A stretch of DNA of 64,000 nt from Azolla caroliniana (Eukaryota > Plantae > Polypodiophyta): NCBI GenBank assembly GCA_043228905.1, contig JBHGNT010000002.1, forward strand, positions 1,674,001 through 1,738,000. Reading direction: 5' to 3'. Below the pieces are notes generated by a model. The model was not told the DNA's origin and did not search any database. It saw only the letters and a list, made by a program, of their open reading frames with translations. How positions within the stretch are numbered: position 1 is the stretch's first letter; each line of letters begins with the position of its first letter. Position numbers and translations under genes: made by a program. Below are positions 40,268 through 54,583 of the stretch, piece by piece.

Positions 40268-42304
40268 TAAATCATTTTTGTTATGATTCCATTGATTCTT
40301 TAGGTGGTGCTATTTGGGCTATATGATCATATCATGTATTTTGCTCAACTTGCCAAGGATGTTGTTTTGTAAAGTTAAAACTTCAGCAAACCTAAGAAAT
40401 GTTTTATTTCAGTTTCCTGAAGAGATGGTTTGAAATTTGAAGTGCTGAATATCATTTGTATGAGTAATCGATTTATTTAGCATGTATATGCGGCCTGCAT
40501 GCCTCTTTGCAAATATTTGCCATAAAAGTTGCGTTACTAAAATCCATGAGTCATTTGTGCTTTTCTCTTACTATTGGGAAGCCGAACCGATGAAATTACA
40601 GTCCTGACGATACCTAAAGAACCTTGTTATAGCAACACGACCCCCATGTTTAAAAACTGTTGATATATCAATGAGAACAAGGTTTTCAGTGATTTAGATG
40701 TCCTGATGCGTGATAGATTTTGGCAAGGCTTGACGAGCTGGGCAAACCCCTTATATGTATATTTTATCACAATAAACAAGAAATGTTAGCACAGACACAA
40801 TTACCTCGATTTGGAAGTAACTGTGGTTTGCCAAAACATACATGTGATATCAGATAAATCTTTTTTAGAGCAGTACAAGAACCTAAGCAAAGAACACCTC
40901 CCATATTGCATGTCAATTGATGGCATAATGTTGGAAACAAGTTATACATCTACACACAAGGACTTTCCTGTCAAATTTTGCAGGGATGGAGCTATGACCA
41001 TGCAAGAAACTAGGGGCAAATAACCATATGATGGAAGTAGTAAAAGGTTATGTTTACATGGACTACTCTGCGAGTTAGGGACTTTATAATAGTCAGTATT
41101 TTTAATTCATAGTTGATTAAGAATATGTCACAACCTTGTTATTCATGCACATGCAATTAGTAGAGAGTTTCACTTCAAGATCCACACGAAGATAAAATTA
41201 TACCGTGTTGATAAGAACCAAAGTATTCTAAAGCAGTACCAACAACAAACTTCTTCATTGGATAATGTTATCATGAGCTGAGGTTTTATGCATATGCAAA
41301 TGTTTTTTATGCTTAGTCCTTCAAGGTATTCAAAACTCAATATCCATGTGCTTCTCACTATATAACCCATGAAGCCTGCTCAATGGACAGCGGATATGTC
41401 AATAGAAGGACTTGGATGGAACATACACGATAATATAGCCTTAATCTTGACACCAAGTCCATTCGTGGCTACATGTGTGTGAAAACCTACACAATTCTAT
41501 GGGTTCCTATGTCATGCATTGATTCCAAATCTCCTATGTGTGAATGTCAACAATGTGCCATGTACATATGCACACACATCAAAACCATTCACTCATATCT
41601 CCACAAATATAACTCTTATAATGTATAGGTTGAATTTTAAATGGCTGGCTACACAATGGAGAATGATATAACCCCTAGGAAGAAATGGTGATGGAAAGCT
41701 ATGTGGGAATTAGTGCATCTACTTAGATTTACTTGCTTTATTGTGATGTGAGGTTTGTTTCAAAGTTGAACTGGATTGTAAGGGTATTGGGGAAGTTGAG
41801 TCAAGTGGGAATGGTTGGGTTAATCGACAGTCGAAATTGGCTTTCAAATTTATGTCAATGTGCTGATTTCAAAGGTCAAATTGATGCTTGTACGTGATAA
41901 ACTCCATCCATTATTAATTGAGTTTTGAGATCGAATTGAGGTGACGATTATAATTAATAATTTTCTTCAAGGTCTTAATCAACCTACAATCATCCTTGTC
42001 CATGAGTTCAATTGTCTTTTTCAATTGGGCCCATAAGAAAATTCATGCAGGCATGGATGTCCACACAGAAAATTATCTTCAAAATAAATTCCAATAGAAC
42101 GAGATGTTCAAGCTGTATCAATTGTGTTCACCCTTGGTCCTTCATTCATATATCTGCTGCACTATACAATCGTACATCTCAACACAAATGTGAGTGTTTT
42201 GATAGGATTTTGATGATTTGACAGAAATTCCAAAGGCATGTCTTAACATCATAAAGAAAACCTTTGTTCCTCCCACCACAAAAAAGTTAATGCGATGGAG
42301 ATAT

Positions 42305-44995
42305 TTAAACACCTTCAAGTCTCAAATTTGAACCCCAAGTAGTACTTTCTATCAAGTGAACAGTTTTACCCCACAAACAAGATTCATCATCTTGTTGATA
42401 GTATAAAGTACAAAGCTGCAATATAGTGACATCACTAAGATCCAGTTCTAGGGCTGACTTTGCAACAAAATGCCCCAACTCTAAGTTACCAAATGCTTTA
42501 CAAGCACCAAGCAAAGCTGTCCATATCACAGGGCAAGGCTGTATTGGAATATGTTGAATAAACTTCAGTGCTTCATGAAGAAGCCCTGCTCGACCAAGAA
42601 GATCAACCACGCACACATAGTGGTCTACCATAGGGTTATGTATAGACTTAAAATGATCATATCCTTCTAGTATTAGGCCAGCATGACTACATGCTGAGAG
42701 TATATTCACTGATGTGACAAAATCCACAGCCAAGTTTTGTAGATTCATGTGATGATAAATATCCACGGCCTCTTTTGGAAGACCATATGAAGCATACGCT
42801 GCTATCATGGCATTCTGTAAGACAACATCTATATGAGAAGCTCTCTTGAACACTGAGTACGCATCATCAAAACTTCCACATTTACCATACATATCAACAA
42901 GTGTACATTCCACATAAGTATTAATTTCCAACCCTTTCTTAAGAATAGTGGTATGAATATCCCTGCCCTTATCTATCATTGCAACAGTGGCACATGCCTT
43001 GAGCACTCCAACAAATGTGAATGTATCGGCACAACATTCTTCTAGTAGCATCCTATCATATAGTCTAAGAGCCTCTTCCGAATATTCACGTTCGGAATAT
43101 CCAGTTATTATCGCATTCCATGCCACCGTATCATGGTCAGTCATCATATTGAACACCTTAAAGGCATCCTCTTGATTACCAGACTTAGCATATAAATCAA
43201 TGAAGGAAACTGACAAGTACAAGTGCATTTCAAGTCCATCCTCAATTGTGAGGGCATGTATATGTCTTCCTTGCTCCAAAGAACCTGTATTCACACATGC
43301 CTTGAGGAGGCTCAATACAGAGCTTGCATCTGCCCTAAGTCCTTTCCTTTCCATATCTCTGAAGAGCTGAAATGCTTCCTCACTTTGTCCACATTGCACA
43401 TAACCTGCCATTATAGTGTTCCATGCTACCACATCATGCAAACCCATTGTGTTGAAGATTTGATGAGCATCCTTTATGCTTCCACATTTAGCATACATAT
43501 CAACAAGACTACTCTCCAAGAACACATCCATCCCAAAGCTTCTTTCAACAATATGGCTATGCACAATATAGCCATATTCAATGAGACCTACACAGTTGCA
43601 AGCCTTAAGCACACTGAGATAGGTTGCACAATCAGGATATAAATGTGTTTGATCAAGCCTCCAAAAGAGAACAAAAGCTTTTTCACCATGTTCATGGCTT
43701 GCGTATCCAGATATTAATGTATTCCATGAAATGATATCTCGTTCGATCATTTGGTCAAAAACCACTTGAGCATTTGTTAGTCTGCCACATTTGGCATACA
43801 TATCTATTATAGTGTTTTCAACAACAATATTAGGCGAAAAATGGCTTTCCTTGTAGTATACATGTAGTTTATTTCCATGTTCAAATATCAAGCAAGCATT
43901 GAGGGTGTTAACAAAAGTGAACTCATTCGGAAACATAGCCTCTTGAAACATTCTCTGGAAGAGAACAATAGGCTCTTGCATAGCTCTTAGCTTGCAATAT
44001 CCTGTAATCAACATAGTGAAACTTAGAGTATCTCGTTCATACATTTCATCGAACACTTGCCTTGCGTCGACCAAACTTTCACATTTAATATACAAATCGA
44101 TAAGAGTGTTTCCTATAAAAGTGGTTATCATTAAAACATTTCTTCTAATATGAGCATGGATTTGTTTACCTTGCTGAATAGTGCTGCATGCCTTCAAAAC
44201 AGCTAAAAACGTGACTTGGTCAGGATTAAAACCTTCTTTTTCCATATTAATAAAGAAACTAAATGCTTCTTCTGAGTGCCCAAGAGAGGCAAATCCACCG
44301 ATCATAATGTTCCATGAAACACCATCCTTATTAGGCATGGTATCAAACACCTTCCAAGCATGCTCTATACTGCCACATTTAACATACATGTCAATAAGGC
44401 TATTCCCCGTGCTAAGACTCATGATTTTCCTCCATATTGACAAAGAATGGATGTGCATACCTTGACACAAATCCCCTAGAATGGCACACGCCTTTATAAT
44501 GGTGAGAAATGTGACTCGATCAGGTTCGAATCCTTCTTGCACCATTCTTTTATAAAGAGTCGAGGACTCTTCGGAGGAACCCACTTGTGCATATGAAGCC
44601 ATCATTATAGTCCATGTAATTATATCTCTCAAAACCATCTTTTCAAACACATCTCTACCATCTGTTCTGCTACCACATTTTGTGTATGCATTCACAAGAA
44701 GGTTACCTAGATGGAGGTCTAACTCAACTCCCGCTTCGATTAAGAAGCCATGGATGAGGTTTCCGTCTCTGAGAGATTTCCTTTTACTACAATCCTGAAG
44801 AAGCGAAATGAAGATGGAAGACGAAGGAGGATGTGTCTTCTGTTGACCGTGCTGATGAAGGATCGTTTCTACGCTGTTTGATGAGCAAGGGAGAGGTACA
44901 CAGAGTTGTTCTGCTCGACCTTTCCCCTTGGTCTTCTGTAGAACAAGACGAGGGCGAGGTGAAGCTGAACTGTGAGCAGAGATACATGGTAGCAT
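42305..44995 (-). CDS. Intronless PLS-class pentatricopeptide repeat protein with E1/degenerate E2 and no DYW domain
   Basis: Repeated P-L-S motifs (GNSLIDMYVKCGSIEHA..VFD.M..D.VSWN), HYVCVVDLLGRAG, and VIWTALLGACK (E1). First ATG at 44995. Confidence 0.95.
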   Translation of the reverse strand: MLPCISAHSSASPRPRLVLQKTKGKGRAEQLCVPLPCSSNSVETILHQHGQQKTHPPSSSIFISLLQDCSKRKSLRDGNLIHGFLIEAGVELDLHLGNLLVNAYTKCGSRTDGRDVFEKMVLRDIITWTIMMASYAQVGSSEESSTLYKRMVQEGFEPDRVTFLTIIKACAILGDLCQGMHIHSLSIWRKIMSLSTGNSLIDMYVKCGSIEHAWKVFDTMPNKDGVSWNIMIGGFASLGHSEEAFSFFINMEKEGFNPDQVTFLAVLKACSTIQQGKQIHAHIRRNVLMITTFIGNTLIDLYIKCESLVDARQVFDEMYERDTLSFTMLITGYCKLRAMQEPIVLFQRMFQEAMFPNEFTFVNTLNACLIFEHGNKLHVYYKESHFSPNIVVENTIIDMYAKCGRLTNAQVVFDQMIERDIISWNTLISGYASHEHGEKAFVLFWRLDQTHLYPDCATYLSVLKACNCVGLIEYGYIVHSHIVERSFGMDVFLESSLVDMYAKCGSIKDAHQIFNTMGLHDVVAWNTIMAGYVQCGQSEEAFQLFRDMERKGLRADASSVLSLLKACVNTGSLEQGRHIHALTIEDGLEMHLYLSVSFIDLYAKSGNQEDAFKVFNMMTDHDTVAWNAIITGYSEREYSEEALRLYDRMLLEECCADTFTFVGVLKACATVAMIDKGRDIHTTILKKGLEINTYVECTLVDMYGKCGSFDDAYSVFKRASHIDVVLQNAMIAAYASYGLPKEAVDIYHHMNLQNLAVDFVTSVNILSACSHAGLILEGYDHFKSIHNPMVDHYVCVVDLLGRAGLLHEALKFIQHIPIQPCPVIWTALLGACKAFGNLELGHFVAKSALELDLSDVTILQLCTLYYQQDDESCLWGKTVHLIESTTWGSNLRLEGV

Positions 44996-46593
44996 AAGCA
45001 AAACAGAGCGATGGAGGAGACGACTGAGAGAGTTCAGAGATCATTTTCTAGAATCACAGGGGCTTTCCTCTATCTAGAGACTAGGACATGGATCTCTCTT
45101 TGGTCTTTGGTCTTTGGCCTTTGACCTTTAGTCTTGTGGGCGGACCAATTTGTCCTGGTCTTTTCAAAGCTTGACTCTTATTAAGTTTGCTCATCAGTCA
45201 AGTTCCGCGAAACTTTGCTCTTCACAACTCGCTCAAGTTATTTGTGATCTATGTTTCCGAGGAAGTTTCGGTTCATCGATCGCACAAGAGTTTCCTGTTA
45301 GGTGTCGTGATGGGATTCTTTCCATCCTGATTGGTCAATTTTCCATCACGTGTGATCAATGACCGAATAACTTTTTCTTCCTATCCCGGTGTGATCAAGA
45401 GTACAGAGAATTTTGTTCACTAACCGTGTGAGAGATTTTGCTGGGTATGATCAATGTTTTGGGGACATTTATTACAAATTGGTCAAGTTTTTGTTTAGGA
45501 TTCAATATGCTCGAGGAGCTTTGCTCTTAGTAAATTGGTAAACTTTCCTTGGGAGCTCAACTCAATTTTTTCTATTAATTGATCAGAGTTTGCTAAAATA
45601 GCTCAACTTGAGAAATTTTGCAAGTTTAATTGCGATAGACCTAAAAGTGTCGTTCTACATGCACACAAGATAATTTGTTAATAGAGACGCTTTCTTATGG
45701 TAGCCAAACAATGCTAAGTTATATAAGCCCACCATTGAACGAGTGCAACAAATCTGTAAGATTGCTCTAGTTTTGGCATGATGGCAAATTGATGATCCCC
45801 AAAACTAATGTGAGAATGCGATTATGGTATTATTAGCAATGAATGATGTGTAGATGTACAATCATTAGGCTTGAGATAGATAGATATTTTTTTAGCGTCC
45901 ATAGAGAAGCCCACCCGCAATGACAAAGTACAATATGCACTCACATTGCTCGAGTACATTAGCAATACATCGATATATCATGGTGTGCTCCAAGGACTAG
46001 GAGCCATTCCAACAAATATGCATATGTATATTATTCATATGAATGATGGCATGGGTGAATGGGTTTGGTCCAAATGTTCAATGCATATATATATATATCA
46101 CTCCAAATGTCTTGGATGGGCAATTAATTGGAGCATGAGAGATCTTTTGACATTATGGCGGCATGTTTCCCAAAGAGGAAACCCACGTGGATCGGCTATT
46201 TCTAAAATTACATAAACTTCCTTTTTGTTTTATTTCCTCTTTGGGAAACGTTTATAACTGTTATTAAAAAACCCTAATCTCGTGTCCTTAGAACCCTCTT
46301 TGTTTCCTTCGTATTCCTGTTAACCCTAATTATGACTACTACATCCATGATTCCTTAAAACTCTAATCTCATCGGCCTGTCCTCGGTATAACTACTAAAT
46401 ATCCCTGTAAACCCTAGCTATATATACCTGTAAACCTAATTAATTCTCCTTCCTTCGATTCCCTTTCTATGAAGGTACAATGGTATATTATTAAACCTTC
46501 AGAAACTTATCATTATCTCCTAATTTCCCTCTCCCTTTAATCTAGCCATTATATATTTATATATATACATCGTTTGATCCAAGAAGATTAATA

Positions 46594-48389
46594 ATGGATC
46601 AAGGTTCCCCTAGCCCTAACCTGATGTTACAAGTACCCGCCGGCTCCTTACAATCTGGTGGTTGGACAATATGCTCGGGCATAGATACGAGCTGTACGGG
46701 TACATGCAGCACGAGCACTCCGATTATTCCGTTAATGATAGCGGGATTAAGCCCTGCTCCTTTCGTTACCAAAATCTATGATATTGTGGATGACCCCCTC
46801 AATGATCCTATTGTCTCATGGGGCCAATCCTTCAATAGCTTTGTGGTGTGGGATTTCTACGAGTTCTCGCGTGCAATCCTCCCCAGATCTTTCAAACATA
46901 ACAATTTCTCGAGCTTCGTAAGACAACTCAATACATATGTAAGTACAATTATAATGTTTCCAACTTTTTAAACTATTATGTTTAGCGTTGAATTTGCAAC
47001 CCTAATCAATCCATCAATTGGAAAGACCAAACCCCCAAGGACACCTAAGTTTGAGTTTCAATATGTGATCTCTTAACCTAGTGAATTTGAAACCCTAATC
47101 AATATATGTGACATTCACTATTGGGATCCATAAACCCTAAAGCTACTTATTAGGGACTCCATAAACCTTAAATCTACTTATTAAGACACAAAATCTAGGG
47201 AGTCCAAACTCTTGGTTTGATCTTTATTTAGGGTTTTCGGAAGGTGGATCCGGATAGGTGGGAGTTCGCCCACGAGGAGTTCATGAGGGGGCAGAAGCAT
47301 CGATTGAATAACATACATAGGCGGAGATCGGGTTGTGGTATGAGTAATTCTAGTGGTCTTGGAGAAAATGGCCAAAGTAGCCAAGGTAATTGTAACGCGG
47401 GACGGTCTAAGTACGGACAGGTAAAGGAGTTACGGAGGGAGAAGAATGTGATGATGCTCGAGCTCGGAAGGTTGTCTCGCCAACATAATTCGGCTCAGGA
47501 AGAAGTAATGGTGATGTCCCACCGTCTCAAAATGGTGGAAGCCCGACAAGAAGAAATGATGGCCTTCTTGGCTCGTACATTAATGCGCTCTCCTCCTCCT
47601 CCTCCGACTACGAAGAAGAAGACCACGAAAAACTCTAATCTCTTGACCCCTCAGAGTCTCCACCATGGCCCTATTGGTATGTGTAATCTTGTTGGGAGCA
47701 AGAAACAGAATGAATTGATGTATGGCGATTTGCGGAAAAGGCAGAAAGTAGAATCTGTGGATCACCAAATAATATTACCAGAGTGTTGGGGAGAGAGTAG
47801 CAGTGATTTGTTGCCTTTCCGGCCGACACCATATCCGGACAGCCACCGAGTTACCACCGAATATTGTACTAATTCGGTCTCAGCTTCTTCTTCTTCTTCT
47901 TCGGAGATGGAGCATAGCGATGATTCTTCGGCATTGAATTTCGAAAACCTGCCTCCCATGATGATTAGGGGTATTAGTGCTTCACATGCCAATCCCCACA
48001 AAAAGACTGCCAATCCCGGATTCGGAGACCTTCCCCATGATTTGGATGATCATTATGAGATTAATGCTGGTCGAGGGTCGATCAAAGTCGAGGAGCTAAT
48101 TTGCATCGAGCAATCGAGGAGCGACAATATGGTGGGTGCATCGAAGAGAATCGACCTTAACCATCCGTCATTAGGCATGTCGGATCATCATGGGTTCCCC
48201 ATGCTCTCTGCTAACATGGTGCAATATTGCGGTGGAGGCTCCACGGGGCTTGACAAGTTTGTCCCGGTCACGTGTGGTGCAACTAGTACCATGCCAAGCC
48301 TCGAGGAGCTTGACTCGAATGAGAATGGGACATTTTGGGACAATCTTCTGGGAGCCAACACCAATATACAACGCGAAAGGGATCATTGA
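46594..48389 (+). CDS. HSF: Class A heat shock transcription factor; exons 46594-46938, 47232-48389
   Basis: [17 protein letters not shown]...[16 protein letters not shown]|[12 protein letters not shown] with the conserved intron, class-A-length HR-A/B, and AHA-like FWDNLL near the C-terminus. Confidence 0.95.
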
Positions 48390-48417
48390 TGTTGCCATAG
48401 GGACATCTCCGAGCATA

Positions 48418-48928
48418 TATAATATATTATCATGTAAAACTATGTTGGTATAATATATTATCATGTAAAACTATGTTGGCATAGAATTGAGTTTATGTTA
48501 GATATGTAGATCAAATGACAAAGTATTGATATTACTAGATCTTGATGTATATATAGACCAAATTTGAGAAGTTATATATAAATATTGTTTTGACATATTG
48601 TATTTGACAATTTGAGATGTATATTGTATTAAATTAGTTGAGGATCCACATGCACTTGAGCAAAAGTATATTGGGGTGTCTTGCATTCTAAGTAAATTAA
48701 TGTAACATATTATTGTAGGAAAAGTTAGGGTTTATGAACATAAAGAACTTGTACATGGTGACATATATTCTTTGGCCAAGGTGGGGTGGGGCTGAGTCCT
48801 AGAATACAAGGCGTCTTGGACTTGTTTCAAATGAACATTCCATCCTACCACAATTGCCAGGTGGAGTCCTAGAATACAAGACCTCTTGGACTTGTTTTGG
48901 ATGAACATTCCATCCTACTCTAATTGCA
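48418..48928. repeat. Two short tandem duplications 3' of HSF (31 bp at 48418-48479; ~70 bp at 48794-48928)
   Basis: TATAATATATTATCATGTAAAACTATGTTGG x2; GAGTCCTAGAATACAAG..TCTTGGACTTGTTT..ATGAACATTCCATCCTAC x2. Confidence 0.9.
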
Positions 48929-49599
48929 GGAGAGGGTGTACGACTTGTTATATATTTTTGTATTTATTATATATCTTGAACGGGAGAGCTTGATTCAAAG
49001 TCCCTATGTCGAATGAAGAAAGCCTAATATTGGGGTCTTCGAATGTCAAAGTGGGATATGGAAAAATTGCTCTTACTATGTAATTTGTTTAGAATCTTAT
49101 TGACACCAATTTGATTGTAATCATGGAAATAAAATGAAAAGCAGAAAGAAGTTGGAAGTCCATATTCCAATCTTCCATCCAAGGCGAGGTTCGTGGCATC
49201 TTAAAGTTCATTAATATAATGATATGAATTTAGTGGGACCACAAAATTGGATTTAACGTAACACTGAACTTGTGGTGGTTCGTGGACTACATACTTTGCC
49301 CTACCATAAAAGTCGAGATAGTTTAGATACTAGTAGAGATTAATGAGGAATCTAATAGGTCTTGCTATAGTTGTGTAGCAACACATTTCGACCTTGACCA
49401 TTGTATAAAGCAGTATTGATTCTCATCCTTGTATGAAGGACAATTACAATTTATAGGCTTAGTGACTTCCACATTTTGTGAAATTCTTCTTAAAATCTAT
49501 TAAAGATAATCCATGTCTATGATGATAATAGAACAAATGGATGAAAATATATGGGGGAGTTCCAAATTGTGTGAAATACTAATTTTTATGATCCATATA

Positions 49600-51400
49600 A
49601 TATACATGTAATTGAATTTCTTACTATGACATCAATATCTTTACTTATGTGAGAGATACACTAAACAAAGCCTTGGAGCTAAGTACAATGAAAACGTGAA
49701 GCCAATATCGTGTGTTATGTATGAGCCAACCCATGCGTCCAAAACACACTATTACGTTATGGTAGAATATATTGCATGACATCATGATTGTGAAGTTTTG
49801 GTTCAATCAATAATTTATGCTTTTGAGTTAAATAGATTTAGACACTAGGAGTGTAAGAAGTATGTGATCCGTGTCAACTACCAACACAAATACTATTTCG
49901 TGTACTATCCCAATAAAGTGAGAACAAGTCACTTCCATAAAGTGCATTTACATGATGCCCCATATGCACATAATTGTAAGGACATTGTCATGTCCTTTTG
50001 CACCATGTGATTAAACACAATGGTTAAAGTTGCAGAGGACATACACATATGAGAAGAGGACATACACATAAGAGTTGTTTGCAAATTTGAGGGTGATAGC
50101 GTAAAGAAATGTGTACAACATCAAATGGTACAACAAACCAAATTGCTTATTCAATACGTACACGATGAACTACGGGTGTATTTTGTGGGTGATCTTTAGT
50201 TATCGTGTGGAAGCATCATATTCTATCACATATGCTTTGGTATGTGTGATTCATGTGCTATACGACCAAAAAACAATGCCTCTCAAATTGATGAAAATGA
50301 TGTTGTAATGTATCACCTCTTGAACATGGTCCTTGTCATTAAACCTTTTGAGACTTGCTCTTAAAAATATCCATACCTTCTTAACAAGATCATGTTTATC
50401 AAATGGTACATGATTGATTACTTCAATAGGTGCAACATTAGTTCCTATGATCTATTTGAATAGTCCAACTTGTGAAACCAAACAAACATAATGTCCACTA
50501 GATTGTAATTCTAAAGCAAAGTTGATTCCATTATTGACCATGTTACCATGTGAAAGCTAAAGTATGTCTATAAACTTAAGCCATTACTTCAGTGATAATT
50601 TTGATGTGCTAATTAGATTAGTCATTATACAACAACATGAACACGCCAAGAGGTCTTGGTAATAAATGAGTTGCTCAACAATGAATGGCAACAAACATCG
50701 ATTTAAAAAACATGTGGAACTTGAAATAAATTGGAAAGTGAGGAAGTACAACACAACATAGATAAAGACAAGAGGAAAACTATATCCTTGATCAAACACA
50801 TGATAAACTAGGGCAAATCGATATCCCCTATAGAACAATTAGTGCGGAAATCAAGTGAATCCTTGGTATACATCTCACATTAGATATTGCAAGAACGTTG
50901 TAAGCAAACGAATAATGCATGCAAATTAGGTTACTTCGAAGTATATTATAAACAACCAACCTATGCACAAAAGCTTGAAAACTCAAGATATAATATGGTA
51001 TATAAGTGTCCGAACCTACTAAAAAATAAGAAATATAAAAAGAAAACATACATGCAAAGTAAAGAAGGGAGCACACCTACACTTGCATTAGTATCATATA
51101 ATATATTATAAGCATTTCATGAATACATTCTCATGACATTATAGGTCTCAATTACAAATTGGTGTCTTAAAATTATTAAAAGGGTTGCATGCAAAATACC
51201 TTGGTTGATATATGCATGGATTATTATATACATGCAACAAAGAACCCCTTCATAATTTCTAGTGCCAAGGTATACCGAACAAATGTTACACCCAATGTGA
51301 CCAAAATCTTTCTCAAGAAATTTCCATAATGCCCTTCATTTTTCACAAATTATTTCTTGAAGTGTTGTAGTTGGTATCCCTCACTCTATCATTCTTTTTG
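49600..51400 (-). mobile_element. Possible degenerate DNA-transposon (MULE-like) coding remnant
   Basis: Stop-riddled coding-like sequence such as RCLLPFIVEQL; no termini identified. Confidence 0.25.
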
Positions 51401-53516
51401 TCTACCATGGGCATAAAGGAAAATTGTATAAATATATGTTTTATCTAGATGTGTTTGTGTGTGTATCCAATTTCAAAAGAATAACTAGCAGAGATCATGT
51501 TTGTAGACTAAAGGAGAAAAAGAAAGAAAGAAAGAAAGATATATTAATGTCTTCTAAGGCCAAAGAAAGAGAGAAATATATAAAGGGTATATTGCGAATT
51601 TCATGAAATTTTGGTATTAGTTTTTGATGATTAAAATCTCTAGAAAGCAATGAGTGTTCTAATGCCTTTCCCACAACTTCTAATATGAAAAGAATACATA
51701 AACAATAAAGGAAGAAGATGATTGTGCCACAATAGTGGCGTGGACAAATTTATGGAAACTAGAAATTAGTGGTAATTGATGAGGTGAACTAGTTGGGAGG
51801 TAGCTAGATTAATACTACATGGTACTACATTACTAAGCCTATGTGCTTAATTAATCTTTACACTATTGTAGTCGATGATGATAATGCACTCGAATTCTCA
51901 TTCAAAATAGACCTCATACTTGTGAAGAACTAACTAAACATGCCCATAGTGATGCATGGTATGTTCTTGCGAGGAGGGCAAGACATCTATCCAAGGTTAA
52001 ACCAAGGGGGCAGGTAAATTCCCCGAGGGGGTTTACAAAACATAAATGCTATGTATCATGTTGCATTCAAACCCTACTTTTAAAAAAACTTATTTGTAGA
52101 TTTTCCATAGAGTTAAGCGCATCCTTTCAACTACATCTTTAAATAACCTCCTCAAATGTTAACCTTTCACATGAGAAAAATGCAAAATAAAAGAATGTCT
52201 TACATTGAACACAATTGATAGAGCTAGGTGTTTCACAATGTTTTGAAACCATTCAATATATCTATCTTATAGCATGATCAACTAAATACAACAATCCATA
52301 ATCAATGGTGAAGTATCTTTCCCCCAAAAAATAAAGAGAGAGAAAGAGATTATGTTTCAAGTATTTCATCCTCATGTCTAATTAGTGAACTTGTACCAAT
52401 GAGATAATGATAATTGAGACAATTTGAGAACATTTCAAAGGGTAAAAATTTCAAAACTGAAAATAGGGCAAGTTTTTAGATAAAGGAGTAAAGTAGATTG
52501 TAAATAGCATAGGACATAGGAGCAAATATATGTTATATAGATTCTCGTGGTCCATAGAGACCATGATCCCAGCCTTTCAACACTTTTTGAGAGCTCGATA
52601 ATGGCAAACTCATGAAATACACTCTATCTTTTGATGTTGAAGGTAAAAAGCTTTAAATTAGCACAATATGTTAAGCAAACATTGTGAATACACTTGCAAG
52701 TATACATTTGACAAAAACAAGTAAATAGTCATGCAATGATGAGTACTTACCTAAAAGGTGATGGATGGTTTCTAGATGTAGTTAGGTTCCAACATTATAG
52801 AATGGAAAAACATATTAGCATTTGTGCGGCATCATCAAACAATTATACTTGGCGAGCATACTAAACATTCCTTATAGAGATTTGAGTCATTGGGAAAAGC
52901 ACCAAAAAAGAGACAAGAGTCACGTTGAAGGTGAGGCGGGAAGGTCGATGGGAAAAAGTGATAGATGGTTACTTGGAAGTGGAAGTTCGGTTCAAAGTTG
53001 AGTTTGTGTCGTATTGTCAACGTATATGTTGTGGTTGGAGTGTAAAAAATAGTTGGACATGTGTAGAATAGATAAAAACACAACAAAGTTTGAGGGTATT
53101 TATTACAACTTTGTGCCCAAAGCAAACAACTTTATTATGATTTCTAAGACTCATATCATCACTAAAGCCATAAATGCCTAATGTGTACATTGACGTTGCA
53201 TAGCGTATCGAATGTTCATTGAATTTGGGACTCAATCAAAGAGAGTAGTAGAGCAAGAGAGCACACTAGATTAGAGATTGAGAGAAGAGAAGAGAGTCAT
53301 GCACAAGGTGATGGAGGGTGATAGGTGAGGTCCCACCCAACTCATAACATTGTTGTGAGGGGCAAAGTTAGGCCACATTTCCCAAGGCTTTTAATGCCAA
53401 GGTTATATATATATATAGATAGATAATTACAAGTTATATATAAAGGCCACAAATCCATCACAAAGGCACACACTACAAAGAAAAAGCTCATAGAAGAGAA
53501 TTTGGAGTAGAATAAA

Positions 53517-54583
53517 ATGGCCATGTCATTATTATTGAGGAGCACCACCACACCTCGCATAACTACTATTGTTACCATGGTCATGTTGGTGGTGATAAAC
53601 ATGCACATGCCAATGTGGATGGTGACATGTGTTGTAGCACAAGGGTCGAGATTGTCCTGTCGAAGCGTGAGCGACGCATTGGCACCCTGCGCATCCTTCT
53701 TTACTAATGGCTCGCCAACACCCAATGCAGCTAATGGTTGTTGTAATGGTGTGCAACAAGTGGCGGAACTAGGGACCAGTCAAGCAGACCGCCAAGCCAT
53801 ATGTCGATGCCTTGTCTCTGAAGCGAGCAATCTAAACATCACCCCATCCTCCATCTCCACCCTCACATCTGCATGTCATATTTCCTTCCCTTTCTCCATC
53901 TCCCAAAACACCCCCATCGATTGCTCAAGGTACACACATTTCCCAAACAAGCTATAAAATGTATATTGGTTTTGTCTCAAAGATAACAATGTCCCCTATA
54001 TCATTCTTCATCTATTTTCTCCCACATACACAAATAAGTGCTAGACTTAGTGGTCTTAGATGTAAGTGCAATGTTTACTAACACTTATATGTTAGGTGGG
54101 TTCAAATATTTTAAGCATCTAGACAACTATTGCCAAACGTAAGGACAAGACTTGTGTTCTATATCCCACCAATTTACTAGTTGTCTACTAGGGTTAAACT
54201 CAAGTACTGATGCATTGTGTCTAGATGACTATGATGAAACAAAAGGGGTACAAGGCTCTGATTCAAATCATACCCATTTACGAGCCCACTAGAATAGGGA
54301 TAGATAAGTTCAAAACTATTCAATCGAGTTTTTACATGACCAAGTTGAATTTTGACATAAACTCAAGAGATTTGGTTTGGGTTGCACTCCTATGAATGAC
54401 CTAAAACAAGTTCTTTTTAAAATTTCAATGTTTTTAGAAAGACGTCTAAAAAATCTCAGGTCATGTGGAACAATTTAATTGAAAGGTTAAAATCTACATT
54501 TTGTGTGAGCATTTGTCCCTATAGTTTTTCCATCTCCTATTGCTAATAAGATTTTCCTCCCTTTTTCCTGCAGACTTCCCTGA
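53517..54583 (+). CDS. LTP: Type-1 non-specific lipid transfer protein; exons 53517-53929, 54574-54583
   Basis: Signal peptide, 8-Cys motif (C..C..CC..CxC..C..C), DRQAICRCL, intron 5 nt after the last Cys codon giving CSRLP*, and TATA boxes at ~53403-53443. Confidence 0.93.

Noticed and set aside
46265-47190. Interstitial telomere
   Set aside because: Only scattered single AAACCCTAA teloboxes, not tandem TTTAGGG arrays.
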